A stretch of 64,000 nt of DNA, from NCBI GenBank assembly GCA_964016885.1, contig OZ024741.1, positions 44,640,001 to 44,704,000 of the forward strand, in the 5' to 3' direction. The notes below the pieces were generated by a model. That model worked only from the letters and a program-made list of their open reading frames with translations, had not been told where the DNA came from and did no database searches. Positions 1-14,111 of this stretch are shown piece by piece (within the stretch, counting starts at the first letter, position 1; each line of letters begins with the position of its first letter). This DNA comes from Eledone cirrhosa. Its lineage: Eukaryota. Both the position numbers and the translations under genes were made by a program.

Positions 1-1480
1 AAATTAATATTCTCTAAGTTCTTCGTCCGGGCTTCGCATAATGTATAATTCCCTTCTTTAAGATAAGGTCAGACAACGAACATTTCCGAAAATATAAAGA
101 ATTCTTTATTAGAAAATACAAATCACTACTGAACACAAAAAAGTGATATTCCATTTTCCATCCAACAATACTTAGGAGTTGAAGCTGTTGTCCTCTGGAT
201 TACAAAACACCCAGACTACATTTCAGAGAGATACCCAAAAAAATTTATTTTGGAAGGACTCAAACTAGTACTGGAGAACAACCACTTCCTTTTTGATAAC
301 GAACTATATTTACAAATAAAAAGAACGGCCATGGGCCACAAAGTGGCCCCAACATATGCAACACTCGTTATGGGCCACCTGGAGGCAAAATTACATTCCA
401 AACTGCAGGAAACATTCAGTCATGACTTCGCCACCTACATTAATCACAACTGGAAACGCTACCTAGACGACTGCTTCATTTTCTGGAATAGAAGCCAAGA
501 AGACCTGCAAAGATTCCATTCCATCATAAACAATCTTCAAGAAGAAATAAAATTCACCATGAAATGTAATAAAAAGGAACTACCGTTCCTGGATATCCTT
601 ATCATTAAGGAAGGGGAAAATATCAAAACGGACTTATTTTACAAACCAACGGACACACACCAATACTTGAATTTCCGTTCAGCACACCCATCACATACCA
701 AAGGAAACATTCCTTTTAACATGGCAAGACGCATCTGCACCATAGTGACACACCCCACACTACATAAAAAAAGATTATATGAATTAAAAGAATTCCTTAT
801 AAGACAAGAATATCCGGTGAACCTCATCAACACAGCGATCTCCAAAGCCCAGAACATCCCAGTGACAACACTGAGAAAAGCAAAGCAACAAAATAGAATG
901 GAAAAAACAGTTATACCTTTTGTCATCACTCACAATCTAAGGAATTTCAAAATTATGAAAGCCGCCAAACAATATCTCCCGATCTCCAGCAATCCGCTAA
1001 AATAAATACACTCTAAAAGACGCACAAATTATATATAGTAGACGCCAAGCACCCAACCTAAAGAAACTGCTTACCAAGGCGAAATTTACGTCTAATAATG
1101 GAAATTAAGAAATGCGGGTATCCTCGATGCGGAACGTGCGAACACATTAAAGAGGGTGGACAAATCTCATTTAAACACAACCAGTCTTTCACAGTTAATG
1201 CAAACTTGAATTGCAAAACAAAAAAAAATTGATTTACTGTGCAACCTGCCCACAATCTAAGGAATACTACATTGTTGAAACCGGAACGGCATACATGACA
1301 GAGTTCGAGTACATAAGCAACAAATTAGAGATCTCTCTGTCAGAAACACCACATGCAGAGAACACTTCGCAACACACGGAAAGGGAAATTTCTAAATTTT
1401 CCGAAAATATAAAGAAGAATTCTTTATTATAAAATACAAACCACTACTGAACACAAAAAAGTGATATTCCATCTTCAAGT
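1..1480 (+). mobile_element. 5'-truncated Neptune-like Penelope-like element (RT C-half + decayed GIY-YIG), preceded by a duplicated 3' end
   Basis: ORF 250-1005 has RTAMGHKVAPTYATLVMG, WKRYLDDCF, LPFLDI, FYKPTD, SAHPSHTK. Broken frames 1100-1465 give CGYPRCGTC and LIYCATCPQSKEYYIVET. Direct repeat 83-154 vs 1398-1472. Confidence 0.9.
250..1005 (+). pseudogene. PLE reverse transcriptase fragment
   Basis: YLDD catalytic motif and PLE thumb motifs; N-terminus missing, frameshifted downstream. Confidence 0.9.
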
Positions 1481-1810
1481 AACGGGATTCTCCCCCTCTC
1501 TTTTCTTTAAAAGAAATCTCATAGGGAAAAAGAAAAAATAGTTGATGACACCGTACTTTCAAATATTCGATCGCTGAAGAGAAGAAAAACCCTCAGAGGT
1601 ACAATAACATTTCATTAATTTCCCCTTCCACACACCAATGTATATATGAACTTAAAACACTTGAGTAGATGTGTGTACATATATGTATGTATATATGTGT
1701 TTTTTTTTATATATGTGTCTATAGGTATACAGATATATGTGTACATGATTATATGTATGTGTGCATATGTGTGTGCGTATCTATGTGCATGTAGGCATGT
1801 GCGTATGTGT

Positions 1811-2388
<578 letters not shown>

Positions 2389-2562
2389 CATATTTGCCTA
2401 TATAGGTCTGTTGTTTTTCTTAATCTTTCATAATTTAATATTTAAAGTTAAGGATAACAAACTGTATTGCTGTAGTTAGTATTTTTTCACCCTGGCAAAT
2501 TTTAGTCCTTAAGATTCGAACACATGTATGTTTATATTAGTGTTTATCTCTCTTGTTATTTC

Positions 2563-2594
<32 letters not shown>

Positions 2595-2597
<3 letters not shown>

Positions 2598-4668
2598 AAC
2601 AAGTATGACCCCAACGGCAGAGCTCAAGCCGTTTCGACGGCTAATTCTGGACTAAATAAGAATTTTTAGCCTGGTAAATAAATAGCCGAACTTCTCAGGG
2701 GGTAATTCCTTATATGGGAAGATAGTAATTGTCCAAAGGGATTGGTCAAACATTTGTTGAAAAGACAGATGATTCTATCATGGCATTTGGTGGGAGGTAG
2801 GGGTAGCTGAACTTGTCGGTAGAACAAAGAGGGAGTGGGAGAAACCCAGTCAAGCGTTGAAAGTGAATTCTATACAGCAGATTCTAAGGATAGTGTATAG
2901 AAAGCCGAGAAAAGTGTACTGGAGAAGGGGAGGGCGGGGCGAAGTTGAAAGAATAGATAAATCGAAAGGGAGTAAACAACGAAACCATTATAAAATTAAG
3001 GAAATAAATATATAAAAAACAATTTCTGGTTACTACTCCCCTTCCACAAACATCAAATCTCTCATTGGTATTGCTAAGCTATAGAAAAGTTTAATAGGTG
3101 GAGAAAAATACTAAATACGAGATTGCAGTGAAAGAATTTTATAAAGCCGGCTTTACGGGGAGTCTAACACCACTGTTATAGTTAGTTAGTAATCAGCCAA
3201 TGCTATCTTACAATGACGGGTTAAAAATAAAAATACTAAATTACTACTACAAAAATACTAATACAAAATATTAATTCAGAATACTAATACAGAAATACTA
3301 ATACAAGGATACTAATACAAAAATACCTCTAGGAAATTTAGAAATCACAGAAATGGAGCAGCAAGAAGAAAGAAAAAAATTTACTGGGGTTTACACATCT
3401 GCTGTAAAAAGCGTAATCGGCCAATTCTATCTTAAATTAGGGGGGGGGGGTACTGAGTCTACGGAGGACCTAGGGGCTGCATCGGGGTAGGCGAAAAGGT
3501 GAAAAAAAGACAAGGAAGAAGTTTCTGCGGTTGAAGGACTAGGAAGAGATGAGGGGAAGATGGAAAAGATAAAAGATTTACGTCTACCTATGTAAGCAGG
3601 GGTAACACCTTACAAAATTGGCAAGTGGAGTGTTTCAGCCCTTGTCTACCCCCCTCCCCCCGGGTCATTATGGGGTTTGAGGGCTAGGTAAGTCCTACGC
3701 AATCTGTGTTTGCATGCAGTTACCAGTTCGTCTTTCTTGTTTAGCAGTTGGTCCTTTGAAAACAGCATTTGTAATGTTTCCCCTCAGCATAAGTTACACG
3801 GACGGCGTCCTCCTGTGTAAGAGCTTGCTCTGGACAGTAAGCTCCAAGTGAGATGGTAGGTTATATTATTATCTTTAAGGTCCCAGATGTGGCCCGAAAG
3901 TGTAGTGGCATGACGCCGGGCTGGGCTTTGGAAAGTATGTCGGTGTAGGTAGAGCCGGGTCTTGAAGTCACAAGCGGTTAATCCTATGTAAGCTTTGTTG
4001 GAGGTGTCCGTCCTCACGTTGCACTGGCAGATCACATTATGATCTCTGCATCTGTTGTTGAGGGGGCAAAGGGATCTATCAGGACAGTTACAACTCCTGG
4101 TCGGCTCTCCACTGCTGTCTAGGTTATTTCTTCCATAGTGTTGAGTTTTTGTTGTTAGAGGAGACGATGATTTGTGCGATGCTAGGTGTGGTGCTGTAGG
4201 AGAGTTTGTTGGTGTTATTGTTGATTATGTTGTGGTAGCGGTGTTGTAGTAGGAAGTGTTTTTCGATGAGCATAAAGAAGATTTTCCCGATAGGTGTTGT
4301 CACCTCGGAATTGTGGGGAGGATTGAATCTCGTTAGGTTGCGTGAGCGGCGGTGACGCCTACTGGTTCGGCTAATGGAAGCTTGATAATAGGATATTTCC
4401 TCCCGGAAGCCACTCCGCTTGAGGACCTGATTGTAATAAGGCGCGTGTTCGTCGAATATCTACTCATTAGCGGACAAACGAGATAATCGGAGGGAGATGT
4501 TTTTAACCAGGTTATTGGTGATGTTTCTAGGATGGTTCGACCGGCGGTGGATGTAATGCAGGTTGTCGTTTGGTTTCCTGTATGTGTAGTACAGATCATT
4601 ATCGAGGTTAAGTGTAACACCCAGGAAATTTACTCGGGTTAGGGACGTTTATAGTGTTATTTTAAATC
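2595..4668 (-). mobile_element. Inverted 3' half of a Hydra-like PLE (RT end, GIY-YIG, 3'UTR, pLTR)
   Basis: Reverse complement of about 4955-7010. ORF 3784-4035 has ICQC..AYIGLTACDFKTR..CNLC. Confidence 0.9.
2608..2703 (-). ncRNA. Hammerhead-like motif with long stem II (family B)
   Basis: acccc-CTGAGAA-gttcggcta...tagccgtc-GAAA-cggc(ttgagctct)gccg-TT-ggggt on the minus strand. Confidence 0.65.
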
Positions 4669-7110
4669 ACCGACCAGGAGAGAAATATCATCCTCCACGC
4701 AAGGAAGACAGTCCTACTTTTCGACAACTCCAAATGGATAAAGAGAGCTCCTGAGTACCCCTTCGACATCAGTATGGGCACGACGGGTTCGGCTGAGGTC
4801 TCAGATCTTATAGGATTATTCCTACTAATTAAACTCACCGAAATTTCTCCTGCATTCGGCGATGGATTGTACCGTGATGATGGCTCGTTACCCTCAAAAG
4901 GTTCAACCTCAGTAATACAGACCGGGTCCGTAAACAATTAATCAGACTCAGGATTTAAAATAACCCTACAAGCATCCTAACCCGAGTAAATTTCCTGGAC
5001 GTTACCCTTAACCTCGATAATGATCTGTACTACACATACAGGAAACCAAACGACAACCTGCATTACATCCACCGCCGCTACAAGCGTCCTAGAAACATCA
5101 CCAATAACCTGGTTAAAAACATCTCTCACCGCATATCTCGTTTGTCGGCTAATGAGCAGATATTCGACGAACACGCGCCTTAGTAGAACCAGGCTCTCAA
5201 GCGGAGTGGCTTCCGGGAGGAAATATCCTATTATCCAGCTTCCATTAGCCGAACCAGCAGGCGACACCGCCGCTCACGCAACGTAACGTTGTTCAATCCT
5301 CCCCACAATGCCAAGGTGACAACACCTATCTGCAAAATCTTCTTTAGGCTCATCAAAAAATACTTCCCACTACAACACCGCTATCTCAACATAATCAACA
5401 AAAACACAATCAAACTCACTTACAGCACCACACCTAACTTCGCACAAAACATCGTGTCCTCTAACAACAAATAAACTCAACCCCTATGGAAGAAATAACC
5501 TAGAAAGCAGTGGAGAGCCGACCAGGAGGTGTAACTGTCCTGATAGATCCCTTTGCCCCCTCAACAACAGGTGCCGAGATCGTAATGTGATCTACCAGTG
5601 CAACGTGAGGACGGACACCTCCAACAAAGCTTATATAGGATTAACCGCTTCTGACTTCAAGACCCGGCTCTACCTACACCGACATACTTTCCGAAACCCG
5701 GCCCGGCGTCATGCCACTACACTTTCGGGCCACATCTGGGACCTTAAAGATAATAATATAACCTACAATCTCACTTGGAGCTTACTGTCCAGAGCTAACT
5801 CTTACACAGGAGGACGCGGTCCGTGTTACTAATGCTCAGAGGAAACATTACAAATGCTGTTTTCAAAGGACCAACTCCTAAACAAGAAAGACGAACTAGT
5901 AACTGCATGCAAACACAGATTGCGTAGGACTTACCTCGCCCTCATACCCCATAATGACCGGGGAAGGGGGAAAGGGGGGTAGACAGGGGCTGAAATACCC
6001 CACTTGTCGATTTTGTAAGGGGTTACCCCTGCTTACAATGGTAGACGTAAATCTTTTATCTTTTCCTTCTTCCCCCCATCTCTTCCTAGTCCTTCCACCG
6101 CAGATCTCCTTCCTTGTCTTTTTTTCACCTTTTCGCCCACCCCGATGCAGCCCTTTCGTCGTCCGTAGCCTCAGTACACCACCCCCCTAATTTAAGATAG
6201 AATTGGCCGATTACGCTTTTCACAGCAGATGTGTTAGACCCCAGTAATTTTTTTTCTTTCTTTTTGCTGCTCCATTTCTGTGATTTCAAAATTTCATAGA
6301 GGTATTTTTGTATTAGTATCCTTGTATTAGTATTTCTGTATTAGTATTCTTAATTAATATTTCGTATTCGTATTTTTGTAGTAGTAATTTAGTATTTTTA
6401 TTTTTAACCGGTCATTGTAAGATAGCATTGGCTGATTACTAACTAACTATAGCAGTGGTTTTAGACGGCTTTATAAAATTATTTCACTACAATCTCGTAT
6501 TTAGTATTTTTCTCCACCTATTAAACTTTTCTATACCTTAACAATACCAATGAGAGATTTGGTGATTGTGGAAGGGGAGTAGTAACCAGAAATTGTTTTT
6601 TACATATTTATTTCCTTACTTTTTTAATGGGTTCGTTGTTTACTCCCTTTCGATTTTCCTATACTTTCAACTTCCCCCTGCCCTCCTTTTCTCCAGTACA
6701 CTTTTCTCGGCCTTCTATACACTATCCTTAGAATCTGCTGTATAGATTTCACTTTCAACGCTTGACTGGGTTTCCCCCCACTCCCTCATTGTTCTACCGG
6801 CAAGTTCAGCTACCCCTACCTCCCACCAAATGCCATGATAGAATCATCTGTCTTTACAACAAATTTTTGACCAATCCCTTTGGACAATTACTATTTTCCC
6901 ATATAAGGAATTACCCCCTGAGATGTTCGGCTATTTATTAACCAGGCTAAAAATTCTTATTTAGTCCAGAATTAGCCGTCGAAACGGCTTGAGCTCTGCC
7001 GTCGGGATTAAACATTCTCCTATTACCCACTCTACTACCTTAAGTATTGTGTACTTTGGTGCGTTATGGTCCATCTGGTTCCTTGTCACATTTCCTTCGT
7101 TATCTAGCTC
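4666..7110 (+). mobile_element. 5'-truncated Hydra-like PLE copy
   Basis: Decayed RT (FDISMG, YRDDG, VNFLDVTL), CNCPDRSLCP linker, GIY-YIG ORF 5587-5832, about 1 kb 3'UTR and pLTR. Confidence 0.9.
6913..7008 (+). ncRNA. Hammerhead-like motif (family B)
   Basis: ccc-CTGAGAT-g..cggcta...tagccgtc-GAAA-cggc..gccg-TC-ggg. Confidence 0.55.
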
Positions 7111-7905
7111 CTACCTCCGAAGTAGAGCACTTTCCGATCCTACCACGCCTTATCCAGACTTTTCCGCCAAGCTCAAGTTTTTTCACCCGCAACATGCGAA
7201 AACACAACATCGACTTCTCCACCAAGAACATCCCAGTTCCACCGAGAAAACTTTACCCTCGGATGCACGCGCAAAAAATCGACCTGTTTGCGAAAAGACT
7301 AAGATGGAGAACGTTTTTCTATGACAGATATTGCGACAATCAGGACTTCGATACCAAGGAGAGATTCGGATATAATACCTACAAATCTCCCCCTCCGAAC
7401 CCTATGCTCTCACCCTTAGAGAATCACCTTTTCCAACTGGTCAAGAGCATTAAATTCAAACCCAAACACAACAGATTCCTACAAAAACTTCGTAGCAATT
7501 TAACAGAGTATGAAAACACCAACGACATCATGGTGCACTCGGACAAAACTTGAAACCTCTACTTCGTCAACCCCGACAGATACCACTCACTGATCAGGAG
7601 CAGCCTAAACTCCACCTATAAAAAGGCTAATCATTCAAGTATCGAGGACATAATCGAGATGGACAACAGATTACCTCCTGCCTCGGGGTCGCTGACCACA
7701 CTGAACCCCTAGACCCACGGACTCGCTACTTCACACTGAAGGACAAGAAATCCGACTTCGACCGTAAACTATCCATCAGGCTAATAAACCCAACGAAGTC
7801 CGACATAGGGAGGATCAGTAAAAAAAATCCTAGATCGCGTTATACCAAAAAGTTAAGCAAAACGCGAGATTTAGCCTATGGGAAGAAATCTCATGATTCA
7901 GCAAT

Positions 7906-8631
7906 ATGGAGGACAAACGAGACACAAAATTCATCCAGTTTGACATACAGAGTTACTATGCATCAATTACCTTACCGCTCCTTACGGCCGCCTTGGATTT
8001 TGCCGAAAAACTCACGCCCATCACCGACCAGGAAAGAAATATCATCCTCCACGCCAGGAAGACAGTCCTACTTTTCGACAACTCCAAATGGATAAAGAGA
8101 GCTACTGACTCCCCCTTTGACGTCAGTATGGGCGCGACGGATTCGGCTGAGGTCACAGATCTTATAGTATTATTCCTACTATTTAAACTCACCGAAATGT
8201 CTCCTGCATTCGGCGGTGGATTGTACCGTGATGATGGGCTCCTTAGCCCCAAAGGAAACAACCCCAGTAGTACAAACCGGGTCCGTAAAAAATTAATCAG
8301 GTTCTTCCGCGACTGGGGATTTAAAATAACCCTACAAACGTCCCTAACCCGAGTAAATTTCCTGGACGTTACCCTTAACCTCAATAATGATCTGTATTAC
8401 CCATACAGGAAACAAAACGACAACCTGCATTACATCTACCACCGGTCGAACCATCCTAGAAACATCACCAATAACCTGGTTAAAAACATCTCCCTCCGAT
8501 TATCTCATTTGTCCGCTAATGAGCAGATATTCGATGAACACGCGCCTTATTACAACCAGGCCCTCAAGCGGAGTGGCTTCCGGGAGAAAATATCCTATTA
8601 TCCAGCTTCCATTAGCCGAACCCGCAGGTGA
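7906..8631 (+). pseudogene. PLE reverse transcriptase (YRDD type)
   Basis: RT motifs as above; stops and frameshifts upstream. Confidence 0.9.
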
Positions 8632-9684
8632 CACCGCCGCTCACGCAACATAACGTGGTTCAATCCTCCCCACAATGCCAAGGTGACAACACCTATCGGG
8701 AAAATCTTCTTTAGGCTCATCGAAAAACACTTCCCACTATAACACCGCTACTATAGTGACCTGGGGGGGGGGGGGGGGTAGACAAGGGCTGAAACACCCA
8801 GCTTGCCGATTTTGTAAGGGGTTACCCCTGCTTACAAAGGTAGACGTAAATCTTTTATCTTTTCCTGCTTCCTTGTCTTTTTTTCACCTTTTCGTCTACC
8901 CCGATGCAGCCCCTCGGTCCTCCGTAGACTCAGTACCCCCACCCCCCTAATTTTAAGATAGAATTGGCCGATTACGCTTTTTACAGCAGATGTGTTAGAC
9001 CCCAGTAAATTGTTTTCTTTCTGGTTGCTGCTTTCATTTCTGTAATTTCTAAATTTCCTAGAGGTATTTTTGTATTAGTATCCTTGTATTAGTATTTATG
9101 TATTATTATTCTGAATTAATATTTCGTATTAGTATTTTTGTAGTAGTAATTTAGTATTTTTATTTTTAACCCGTCATTGTAAGATAACATTGGCTGATTA
9201 CTAACTAACTATAGCAGTGGTGTTAGACTCCCCGTAAAGCCGGCTTTATAAAATTATTTCACTACAATCTCCTATTTAGTATTTTTCTCCACCTATTAAA
9301 CTTTTCTATAGCTTAGCAATGCTAATGAGAGATTTGTTGATTGTGGAAGGGGAGTAGTAACCAGAAATTGTTTTTTTATATATTTATTTCCTTATTTTTA
9401 TAATGGGTTCGTTGTTTACTCCCTTTCGATTTACCTATTCTTTCAACTCCCCCCCCCCTCGTCTTCTCAGTACACTTTTCTCTGCCTTCTATACACTATC
9501 CTTAGAATCTGCTGTATAGATTTCACTTACAACGCTTGACTGGGATTCCCCACTCCCTCTTTGTTCTACCGGCAAGTTCAGCTACCCCTACCTCCCACCA
9601 AATGCCATGATAGAATCATCTGTCTTTACAACAAATTTTTTACCTATCCCTTTGGACAATTACTATCTTCCCATAAAAGGAATT

Positions 9685-9781
9685 ACCCCCTGAGAAGTTC
9701 GGCTATTTATTTACCAGGCTAAAACTTCTTATGTAGTCCAGAATTAGTCGTCGAAACGGCTTGAGCTCTGCCGTCGGGGGT
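9685..9781 (+). ncRNA. Hammerhead-like motif (family B)
   Basis: cccc-CTGAGAA-g...gtc-GAAA-cggc ttgagctct gccg-TC-gggg. Confidence 0.65.
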
Positions 9782-9886
9782 CATACTTGTTCCTATTACC
9801 CACTATACTACCCTAAGTATTGAGTACTTTGGTGCGTTATGGTCCATCTGGTTCCTTACCACATTTCCTTCGTTATATATATATAT

Positions 9887-9990
<104 letters not shown>

Positions 9991-10262
9991 ATGTGTGTTT
10001 ATATATATTTATGTGTGTATGTGTATGTGTGTATGTATATATATATATATATATATGTGTATGTTTATGTGCGTATGTATGTACATGTATGTGTGGGTGT
10101 ATGCTTGTGTGTATATATATATTCATATATGTGGGTGTATATGTGTGTGTGTATGTGTGTATATATATATATATATATACGTGTGCATGTATGTGTATAT
10201 ATGTGTATGTGTGTGTATATATATGTATGTGTATATATGTGTGTGTGTGGGTATGTGTGTTG

Positions 10263-10849
10263 GTGCTACTGGTAACATGTATGCCAGCACAACCTGTCTC
10301 ATGGTCGGGTCGTTGGCGACTAAACTGGCAACTCCACCAATGTTTCTTGGTGAGGAGGGTGACTTTGGACATCCTGCAGGACTAAAAACAAAACCTGGCA
10401 AAGGGCAAATGAGCTCTTAAGAGTCAATGGCCATCCAAAATCACCGGGAGAGATGACCCCTTAGCCTTTGTCAACGCAGAATTCTAGGAAAAGGAAAACT
10501 CTGATATAACACCTGCAACCCTGATGGTATCCAATGATGTTGACTTGTTCTTCTTTTTGGTAAATATCATCTTGGTTAAGAGAATGGGACTGGCTTTGTG
10601 CAATGCCTTTGCTCACTATAAAACTTCACAGCACAGGCATTGCTTTATATCTTGAGATCTCTCTGCACTTGTCGTCACATGGTACCATAGGCCAAGCACT
10701 ATGTGTCCATAATTGTCACAAGTGTAATGTTTGTACCAGAGTTTTCAAGTCGCTGGCTGGACTAAAAAGTCACACTCGTTCAGCGCATCGGTAGGGGTTC
10801 TCCTACATGGATATAAAGTAGTGGCCGTACTCGAAAACGAGTTTGCAGC

Positions 10850-10852
<3 letters not shown>
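10263..10852 (+). mobile_element. Non-autonomous RTE-derived retroposon
   Basis: 5' part has ctaggaaaaggaaaactctga, resembling RTE 5'UTRs. 3' part encodes CNVCTRVFKSLAGLKSHTRSAHR* followed by a ctcg-aaaa-cgag hairpin. Close copy at 37900-38351. Confidence 0.6.
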
Positions 10853-10907
<55 letters not shown>

Positions 10908-11705
10908 TCAAATGTGTGTGTATGTGTGTGTGCATGTATGTAATATATATGGACTGTAAATATATTTACATATAGGGAAGAGAATATGTGAGCTATCATG
11001 CCCCCCCCCCCTTCACACTTCCTCTCCCAAACCAATATCAAGAACATATTTTTAACAAATGTTCCAAAACTATCCTTCTTTTCTCCTTTTACATGTATCT
11101 TACACCTCATTAAAACCCAGACGCGCACCTAAATTCATCTTTGATATAGACATTTATCGAAGATATTCTTTATAAATTTAAGAGAGTTGATTCAGCTATG
11201 CCATTATATATTCATTCGAGTTTGTATATATATATATATGTGTGTGTATGTGTGTGAATGTATATATATGTGTGTGTGTGTGTATGCTTTAATTCCTCCA
11301 AATCTTCATCAACACTCATTAACACCACACTTCAGACACATCCAAATCCCTCTTATATATAGTCACACATCTCAACACAACCTGATCTCAGTTTGACAAT
11401 CGCCACCGGCGAATGCGAGAAAGTTCTCCAACCCAAGTTAACCAGGAATCTTTAAAATTCTTCCCACCTATGTTAACAAAGAACTTACTAGATCTACTAA
11501 TATTATAATATTATAAAATTAAATCAAATTTTTTAACACTACAAGTGAAGTCATTCTTTTCCTTTTTTTCAAATATACCTAAATGTACCAAGGTTCTCAC
11601 ACATTTTCAAATATATATATATATAATAATAAAATATGGAGAGGAAGCACACGAGTAGGGATATATATATTTTTTTCTTTCTAATAATCGTCCTTTTCTC
11701 CCTGT

Positions 11706-11764
<59 letters not shown>

Positions 11765-11766
11765 TA

Positions 11767-12106
11767 TATAATAACTAGAAATTGATTAACATATAAATAA
11801 ACATGAATAATCACAGGAGATAATTTTTACAAGTGTGTAAGCACACATAGCTAGGTAGGTAACTAAATAAAGTTAACCAGAACTTCAAAAATAGATACCT
11901 TATAATATGATTAATCTTCCCTGTATATATTCCATTAAAGAAATATATACAGGGAAGATTAATCATATTATAAGGTATCTATTTTTGAAGTTCTGGACGA
12001 CTTTATTTAGTTACCTACCTAGCTTTGTGTGCTTACACACTTGTAAAAATTATCTCCTGTGATTATTCATGTTTATTTATATGTTAATCAATTTCTAGTT
12101 ATTATA
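11767..12106. repeat. Long fold-back inverted repeat (about 165-bp arms)
   Basis: 11767-11932 is nearly the exact reverse complement of 11941-12106. A single related arm lies at 42998-43185. Confidence 0.9.
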
Positions 12107-12616
12107 AAATGCTCGGACCTATTCGTTAGAATCTTAGAGCTTATTTTGCGGGTGATATGGCGCATGTCTTTCTGGCATGACACCCATAATTTTGATTATC
12201 TTAATTTTGTATATATATAGCCAGTTGCTGAGTAATACTAATTACAGTTGGTATCTTTACGTATTAAAATTGGGAACCTTCATTAGCCATCTGTGTAAGA
12301 TGAAGGGTATTTATATTTAGAAAGAGAGAATGAAGATACAGTTCATCATATTTCCTTTATAATCACGTTTTTTACAAATAACCACCTCAGAGCTTTAATC
12401 AGTTACATTGAGGTGGACTCTTGAATTATATGGCAATCTCTAGTTGAACAGATTAAAGTTCGGAGGTGGTTATTTGCGAAACAGGTGTTACGCGTCGTAA
12501 CGAATAAAATACGTTGGATGTAAGATTATATCTCTATTTCTTAATACACCGAGCAGAAATACTCCAAAATGGCTGATTGAATGCGCACGTGAGTTTTTCT
12601 CAAAAACATTTTTTTT

Positions 12617-13075
12617 TCATTCTATCTTCAGATGTCCAAAACATAAATCTGTTTCCTACTATAACAAGCGTTAAACTAATATATGTCTTCATTCTGTGTC
12701 GTTTGAATAATGTTTATATGAATATCATTCTGCATAATTTCTTTACAATAAACTTATTGTTTTAGCTTTAATTTTATTATGTTTCCTTCTATTTCTCATG
12801 TTCATTTATATATTTTCTTTTGTTTTTCCTCAACTCGCTTTTATCTTTCTATTTTATTTTGTATTCCTCATTCTATCTTCAGATGTCCAAAACACAAATA
12901 TGTTTCCTACTATAACAAGCGTGAAACTAATATATGTCTCCATTTTTCTGTGTCGTTTGAATAATGTTTATATGAATATCATTCTGCATAATTTCTTTAC
13001 AGTAAACTTATTGTTTTAACTTTAATTTTATTATGTTTCCTTCTATTTCTCATGCTCATTTATATATTTTCTTTT
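12617..13075 (+). repeat. Tandem direct duplication, about 250-bp period
   Basis: cattctatcttcagatgtccaaaac... recurs at about 12618 and 12869. Related reversed sequence at 24660-24795. Confidence 0.85.
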
Positions 13076-13227
13076 TGGGACCGGGCCATGATGCATATAT
13101 TATTTCAGTTTGGTATCTATTTAATCGACATATACTTTTTTTAGATAGCTATTTCTGGGTTTTTATCCGTCATCAATGATATATACTCAAACTCACATAT
13201 CCGTATGAGTGCCAATGTGTGTGTATT

Positions 13228-13340
<113 letters not shown>

Positions 13341-13360
13341 ATATATATATATATATATAA

Positions 13361-13413
<53 letters not shown>

Positions 13414-13639
13414 AGAGTCGTAACGGACTGACCTTTTGCCGTTTCAACAGTTAGTTGACATTTATATATATATATATTAATATATTATATATATATAAAA
13501 CACTATTTTATGTATATCGATATATCTATATTTATATATATTATATATATATATATACAGACATGAATACATACATATATATATGTATGTATTCATACAT
13601 GCATACATGTCTGTATGCATGTATGTATGTATGTATGTA

Positions 13640-14085
13640 TGTTCTTCTGGTTTTATAATTTCACAAAGTTTTACCAATAGAGAGAGAGACACAAGACTCT
13701 CTCATTGGAATTTACACAACATCAACTAGGTAGATATGTATGTCTGCATGCAAGCATGTGTAGATATGGATGTTATTGTATGTGTGGATGTGTATGTTTT
13801 GAGTTGTATGTGTGCATGTGTATATGCGTTCTATCTGTACATGTGTATATGCAGTTATTAGATGCAAAATTTTTGGAATGTTTTACATATTTTTACTGTT
13901 CCATTAATGGATTGTACTTGTAATTTCCTAACTAGTTGTGTTCTTTCTGTTCCTGTGAAGCCTAGCTTCTCAAGATTTGTATTGAGGCAGTTACTAACAT
14001 ATCCCAGTGCCCCAATAATCACAGGCATAAATCTGAAGGTGTAATCAGGGTGGAGTATCTGCAGATTTCTCAACAGTTCAGCATA
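13640..14085 (-). mobile_element. Short 3' fragment of R4/Dong-like LINE
   Basis: ORF 13858-14073 PVIIGALG..VKICKTFQKF; duplicate of 14112-14545; ends in (TACA)n. Confidence 0.85.
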
Positions 14086-14111
14086 TGTATGTATGTATGT
14101 ATGTATGTATG

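Larger units (their letters stand above)
7111..9873 (+). mobile_element. Hydra-like PLE with ORF start and RT, endonuclease deleted, ending in pLTR
   Basis: ATG near 7193 gives MRKHNIDFSTKNIPVP..KRLRWR..SDKT. ORF 7906-8631 has FIQFDIQSYY, FDVSMGATDSAEV, LYRDDGL. At about 8755 the sequence jumps to the 3'UTR. It follows directly after the previous copy's pLTR. Confidence 0.92.
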
